39,620 bases of DNA, taken from contig JAUCBJ010000846.1 in the NCBI GenBank assembly GCA_032718475.1, forward strand, positions 1-39,620. Direction: 5' to 3'. The translations under genes and the position numbers were made by a program. A model generated the notes under the pieces. The model had not been told where the DNA came from. It worked only from the letters and a program-made list of their open reading frames with translations, and made no database searches. Of this stretch, positions 35,101 to 39,620 are shown piece after piece (the first letter of the stretch is position 1; every line of letters starts with the position of its first letter). The DNA is from Nemertoderma westbladi (lineage: Eukaryota; Animalia; Xenacoelomorpha).

Positions 35101-38100
35101 AGAAAGGGCCCCTTACCAGTTATCTAAGGGACCGCTGACCCCACAGTTTTATGCAAGGCCAACCTACTTAGATCAGCATAACAATAGTAGTGAGTCCCAC
35201 AACCAATGCAGATCACAAAACAACACCGACCCAGTCATACACCACAAGGGGTACACTGATGGGAGTAGGCACCTTGACTCCAGGAGAACTGGAGGCCATC
35301 TGTCTGGTGATCCTGGTGGGGGGCCCAGTGATCCCGACAGTGATAATGACCGATCTACAGGCCGGCGGGGCAGAGATGGACGCCAATCACGTCGTACCTC
35401 CCCTAGACATTATTCATATAATTCACCCAATATGGGAATGTTAGAGGTTTATGAGCGTTTAGCATTGGCTCTAGAAGCCCCACGAGCTGACCCAACGCCA
35501 TTTCTTGGGGATCCCAAGAAATTTGTGTCTTTTAAAAATCGCTTTATGGCTCAAGTGCATTCGAAAGATGTCACTGATGACATCAAATTACGCCATTTGG
35601 TCACCTATGTTAAAGGTGAACCTCTGGACCTCATAGAGCATTTTGAGGGTATGACTAATGGATATCAGCTGGCATGGGAAACCCTAGAAAAGAACTATGG
35701 GAATCCGGCTTTAATAATTAAGGCTGTCATCGAGGATGTCACACGATGTCGCTTTCCCATAGAAACACCTAGTGATGTAAGGAGGTATGCCCATGATGTG
35801 CGACGCAGTATGGATGTGCTATGGACTTTAAATTGCCCACAGTACGTCAACAACCCCGATTTTATTCAGCGAGTAGCTGTGAACCTTAATGATAGGATGA
35901 GGTTACGGTGGGCGAGGAGAGTTACTAGGTTTAGACAGGACCGAGGAAGTGACCCAGGACTTAGACAGTTAGTGGCTTTCTTAGAAGAGGAATCTGACGT
36001 CCTAAACTGTCCTATGTATGGTAGGCCAGCTGCTGAATCTATTCTCAGAGAAAGGATGGGGGACAAATTCCATGGTTTTGGGACAAAACCATTGCCATTA
36101 GCAGGTGACAAGTGTGACCGCCGGGCTGCTCGTGATGTTCATCACGTCCCGGAGACACCACGCTTCCCCTCAATCGACGGTAAACAACGGCTTATGACGT
36201 CATTCCATGAGGAACATTGTGTAGTTCCTGAGGTTATGGAGGAACCATCCTTTTCAGAAGCTAGCGGTGTAGATACTGACAACATTGATAAATTTTCCTG
36301 TGAGGCTTATGCAGTAAATCCACAGCATTCCTGCCAAATGTGTAAGGAGAATCATGGTTTATTTAACTGTCAGCGGTTTCGTGAAATATCTCCGAGGGCA
36401 AGGTGGGAGTTTGTAGTTGAACATAAGCTATGTCTGAGATGTTTGAGACATGGACATTGGCGTGATGGGTGCAAAGCCCAGTTCCGTTGCAAGGAGTGTC
36501 AGCGACCCCATTCCTCACTGCTGCACCCCGAAAATTTTGAAACAAAGGACACTGATGAGCGACTAAAAAACTTTTATGCGGCGAAACGAGACGATGCCTC
36601 TTCGAGACTAAAGGATTACTTACCAGATAAGGTAACACAGAGTAGGCCACCATATGGAATATATCAAAGAGTAACAGCTATGGCTACTGATATGATGGAC
36701 CGCAGAGTCCAGGGGACAGATCAGACTGCTTTAGCTGCGGTATTCCTTAAGGTACTCCCTCTAGCGGTTTCAAATGCCGCAACAGGGGCAGTACTGACTA
36801 CATTTGTGCTGCTCGATGACGGTTCTACAGGTACGTTTTTGGACGCCCATGTAGCGAAGTGTTTAGACATGAACTTGCAGGCGCTAAATATTTCAATTAA
36901 TACTGTACTTACTAAGGATGAAACCAGAACAGTTATGCAGAGTAACTGTCGAGTATCATCAGTAATGCCAAACACCGACATGGTTCTGGCGCTAAATGAT
37001 GTGGTGGTCATGGATGGACTAAGTTTGAGGTATTCTAGACCGGGGTCGTGGTCTCTAGAACAACTGTCTTATTTGAGGGACATAGACCTAGCATATCCAG
37101 AAGTGGATGTTGACAAGATTTCCATGATTGTTGGCTTAAATAATCCGTTGGTGCACAAAACACTTGAGGAGGTGTGGGGTCCAACAGATTACGACAAGTT
37201 GCACAATCCTCACGCAGTTAGAACACCTTTAGGTTGGACATTAGCAGGTCCCATTACATCAACTGTGGCAAACTCATGCTTGGGCTCGAATGAAAATTAT
37301 AAGGCATCTGCTGATTCATCCCCTCGCATACGAAATGGCTCAGTAGCTCAACCTCTTGAATTATTAGGAGCATCAACTAATTTTGCTGACAATAAGGATA
37401 AAGTCTTTGTATATCATATAGACTGTTGTCCCTGGAGGGGAGACAACAGAATGGACGACGAAATAACATCGGACTTGATGACTAAGTATTTTGACTCAGA
37501 AGCATTTTATTGTCCATCTAAAATGCAGACCAAATCAGTAGAGGATCGCAGGTGTGAGGAAATTTTAGACGCCACTACAACCTTTGTTAACGGACACTAC
37601 TCTGTAGGTATGCTGTGGCGTGATGCTAACAAACCATTAATCAATAATAAACAACTTGCTATTTCCCGATTACGTTGGATTAAGCGAAAGTTAAAGGGTA
37701 TGCCCGAGGAACATAAAAAGTACCAGGAAGCTCTACATGACTATGAAATAAAGGGTTATGCTCGTAGGTTATCAATGGAAGATAAATTAGCACCAGACGG
37801 ACCAAGGAAATATTATGTCCCTACTCATCCTGTTTGGAATCCAAATAAGCCAGGTAAACTGCGCATAGTTAACGATGCAGCCGCCACATATCGAGGTATG
37901 AGTTTAAATAGTGAACTTATGGAAGGACCTAACAATTATAACTCGATCCTGGATGTTCTACTTAGATTCAGGGAACATAGGTTTGTATTTGCATGTGATG
38001 TAGCCGAGATGTTTCATCAGGTTAGGACTCCTCCGAGGGACTCTCAATCCCAGAATATCCTATGGTATGAAGGTGATGTTGAACCAGCCGATTTTAGTGG

Positions 38101-39620
38101 ATATATTGTTTATCAGATGCTAGTTAGCATGTTCGGGGCCAAGGACTCTCCTTGTAGGGCCACCCATGCATTACGTAAGACAGCGCTAGATAATGTAGCA
38201 TTGTTTGACGACAAAATAATTAAAGCAATAATACATGACTTTTATGTAGACGACGGACTACATGGTGCAGAAACAATAGACGAGACTGTGAAAACCGCCC
38301 TCGGTATTATTGAATGCTTAAAGCTTGGTGGGTTCACGTTAACAAAGTTTTTGTCGAATTCGCGCGATGTGCTTAAATGTATTCCAGCCGATAGACGTGC
38401 TAAAGAAGCAATAGACCTCAATTTTGATGAATTACCTGCGACGCGCGCTCTGGGTGTGAAATGGATGCCAGAGACGGACTACTTCACTTTTAAGATCTTT
38501 AATGAGAAGTGCACCCCCTCAAAGCGAGGCTGCGTGGCAGCAGTAGCATCTGTGTATGACCCATTAGGTCTTATAGCGCCAATATTACTCAAGGGTAAGC
38601 AATTTATACAAAAATTATGGAGTCAGAAACTGGCATGGGACACAAAACTAGACATTAAACTAGACACAGAGTGGAATGCTTGGTATGCGAATCTGCCAGT
38701 ACTGGCGAAGTTAGAGATTCCGCGTTCATATTTTTATGGCCAAGTTAGAGACCCTACAGACATCTACGAACTACATCACTTTTGTGACGCTAGTAAAGTT
38801 GGTTACGGTTGCATATCTTACATTAGACGAGTACAGAGATTGGGGGACATAACATGCGCCATGGTGCACGCTAAGACTCGGACGGCTCCAATCAAACAGG
38901 TTGATATCACAAGGTTAGAGTTGCAGTCAGCACTACTTCTAGTCCGTAGTCACAGACAGATAATTAATGCACTCACATTACCGTTTGATGCTATCTGGTT
39001 TTATTCAGACTCCAAAATAGTACTTTGCCAGATAGCGAACGAAGCGCGTAAGTTCGACACTTATGTAGCCAATCGTGTAGAAGAGATACATAGATTTACC
39101 ATTCCAGAACAATGGAGGCATGTTCCCGGGAGTAAAAACCCTGCGGATATAGCTAGTAGAGGGGTAAGTCCAGACGACTTCGTTGAAATATATCAGGACT
39201 GTTGGTTCAAGGGACCACGTTTCCTCAGTCAACCAGTTGACCAATGGGAGGGCAGCATGCGTGGTGGGAACCCAATGGGTGGTATAGACATTCCTAAAGA
39301 ATGTGAGTTAAAGCAAATTAATACTAAACAGACAAGGTCGAAAGTTGTGAGCGCAACAGACGTACAGAAATGCATTCCAGATTTAATTGGGCGATTTCTG
39401 CAACACTACAGTGATGTCACCAAATTGTTTCGAGTTGTGTCATATTTTTTGATAAAAATACGCAGAATTCGACATAAACGATCAGGTAAGGTTAGCAACC
39501 TACCGGAATACAAACTTCGTAATGAATGCTTATAGCAAGCTAAACTGAAAGTTTTGCTGCTGGTACAGCATGACGCCTATGGAAAATATACCGACGACAT
39601 ACGGACAGGTAAGTTACACA
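32132..39620 (+). mobile_element. BEL/Pao LTR retrotransposon, truncated by the window end; 5' boundary tentative
   Basis: Long gag-pol ORF. TGTAAC at 32132 is only a candidate LTR start, because the 3' LTR is not in the window for confirmation. Confidence 0.7.
33371..39535 (+). CDS. BEL/Pao Gag-Pol polyprotein (Gag, three Zn knuckles, aspartic protease, RT, RNase H), ending at an in-frame TAG before integrase
   Basis: PTPFLGDPKKFVSFKNRF (DUF1759-like); CQMCKENHGLFNC, CLRCLRHGHWRDGC, CKECQRPHSSLLH; LLDDGS; KLRIVNDAA, FYVDD; FCDAS, SDS, NPADIASRG. Confidence 0.95.
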   Translation: MSSLNVGIGPGSPRSGVSLVGDPLLVGAPIADLTAASHSELVSGHKPSIPAPADITLSTAVALKRSHYRGEPCYDEGPRHAPIGSAKGPLTRLRGNGAPSSNMVASVTSVGTINRGLGQLYRHLESECEEINKARVSSTVDSAILYTLTQKLIARFVKIKDRVTQLERYYECNGTREDYEQITSKFNYYRDLYHKAIETPAHSVSIQVTPPREVIKAITHPPSEVQNLQRTSGEVLNSNYYGPPGPEQVVGGTANLNIDALNPNKVSTYSVGHGVPRQRQVSVGGASHLSGSSSSSPKVQRLAEAKLAELESIQAQETLRRQEIVDRERHRIQVDLEATRISEAGQETILKATKAAEKAKEQADEETRKAEAQAIKAVAEVKRVAAANERLQVLESAELWCRAQNVRDQCSLRTRILEAEGSAPEGEEFASVMHVDLPLVATGYSVAHPEPASTSTSQFVPQVRQVDKPIYSSNIGDSIFTTPQPEHQPSTRPHRLKFDNHVQAARTPRFLDRQVKSSSTHTYTLSLGKSPENHYIPQPSKGDLPCAQVLYKTSDSEHLPQDEPGSVIEPPNWEPPIERAPYQLSKGPLTPQFYARPTYLDQHNNSSESHNQCRSQNNTDPVIHHKGYTDGSRHLDSRRTGGHLSGDPGGGPSDPDSDNDRSTGRRGRDGRQSRRTSPRHYSYNSPNMGMLEVYERLALALEAPRADPTPFLGDPKKFVSFKNRFMAQVHSKDVTDDIKLRHLVTYVKGEPLDLIEHFEGMTNGYQLAWETLEKNYGNPALIIKAVIEDVTRCRFPIETPSDVRRYAHDVRRSMDVLWTLNCPQYVNNPDFIQRVAVNLNDRMRLRWARRVTRFRQDRGSDPGLRQLVAFLEEESDVLNCPMYGRPAAESILRERMGDKFHGFGTKPLPLAGDKCDRRAARDVHHVPETPRFPSIDGKQRLMTSFHEEHCVVPEVMEEPSFSEASGVDTDNIDKFSCEAYAVNPQHSCQMCKENHGLFNCQRFREISPRARWEFVVEHKLCLRCLRHGHWRDGCKAQFRCKECQRPHSSLLHPENFETKDTDERLKNFYAAKRDDASSRLKDYLPDKVTQSRPPYGIYQRVTAMATDMMDRRVQGTDQTALAAVFLKVLPLAVSNAATGAVLTTFVLLDDGSTGTFLDAHVAKCLDMNLQALNISINTVLTKDETRTVMQSNCRVSSVMPNTDMVLALNDVVVMDGLSLRYSRPGSWSLEQLSYLRDIDLAYPEVDVDKISMIVGLNNPLVHKTLEEVWGPTDYDKLHNPHAVRTPLGWTLAGPITSTVANSCLGSNENYKASADSSPRIRNGSVAQPLELLGASTNFADNKDKVFVYHIDCCPWRGDNRMDDEITSDLMTKYFDSEAFYCPSKMQTKSVEDRRCEEILDATTTFVNGHYSVGMLWRDANKPLINNKQLAISRLRWIKRKLKGMPEEHKKYQEALHDYEIKGYARRLSMEDKLAPDGPRKYYVPTHPVWNPNKPGKLRIVNDAAATYRGMSLNSELMEGPNNYNSILDVLLRFREHRFVFACDVAEMFHQVRTPPRDSQSQNILWYEGDVEPADFSGYIVYQMLVSMFGAKDSPCRATHALRKTALDNVALFDDKIIKAIIHDFYVDDGLHGAETIDETVKTALGIIECLKLGGFTLTKFLSNSRDVLKCIPADRRAKEAIDLNFDELPATRALGVKWMPETDYFTFKIFNEKCTPSKRGCVAAVASVYDPLGLIAPILLKGKQFIQKLWSQKLAWDTKLDIKLDTEWNAWYANLPVLAKLEIPRSYFYGQVRDPTDIYELHHFCDASKVGYGCISYIRRVQRLGDITCAMVHAKTRTAPIKQVDITRLELQSALLLVRSHRQIINALTLPFDAIWFYSDSKIVLCQIANEARKFDTYVANRVEEIHRFTIPEQWRHVPGSKNPADIASRGVSPDDFVEIYQDCWFKGPRFLSQPVDQWEGSMRGGNPMGGIDIPKECELKQINTKQTRSKVVSATDVQKCIPDLIGRFLQHYSDVTKLFRVVSYFLIKIRRIRHKRSGKVSNLPEYKLRNECL

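Overview
AT-rich eukaryotic (invertebrate-like, animal) genomic window. From left to right it contains: (1) a 43-bp minisatellite split by an apparently intact ~8.2-kb APE-RT LINE. Its unusually large ORF1 (1501 aa) combines a SAP-like motif, ~40 GPAEPGVNPR repeats, a Ulp1/SENP (C48)-like protease domain, a coiled coil and an RRM-like C-terminus. (2) A 3-exon gene for a secreted Cys-rich protein with four LDLa-like modules and a Ly6/uPAR-like end. (3) The last 13 exons (FN3 x6, TM, P1-P3) of a Neogenin/DCC/Frazzled netrin receptor. One of its exons is flanked upstream by a 22-bp array of its own splice acceptor and downstream by a 5-kb, 55-bp array of its own 3' end plus splice donor. (4) A cluster of non-autonomous DNA-element relics. 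(5) A BEL/Pao LTR retrotransposon gag-pol with an in-frame stop, running off the window end. Exon coordinates were read by eye from GT/AG sites and checked for frame continuity. Family assignments come from motif recognition, not database searches.
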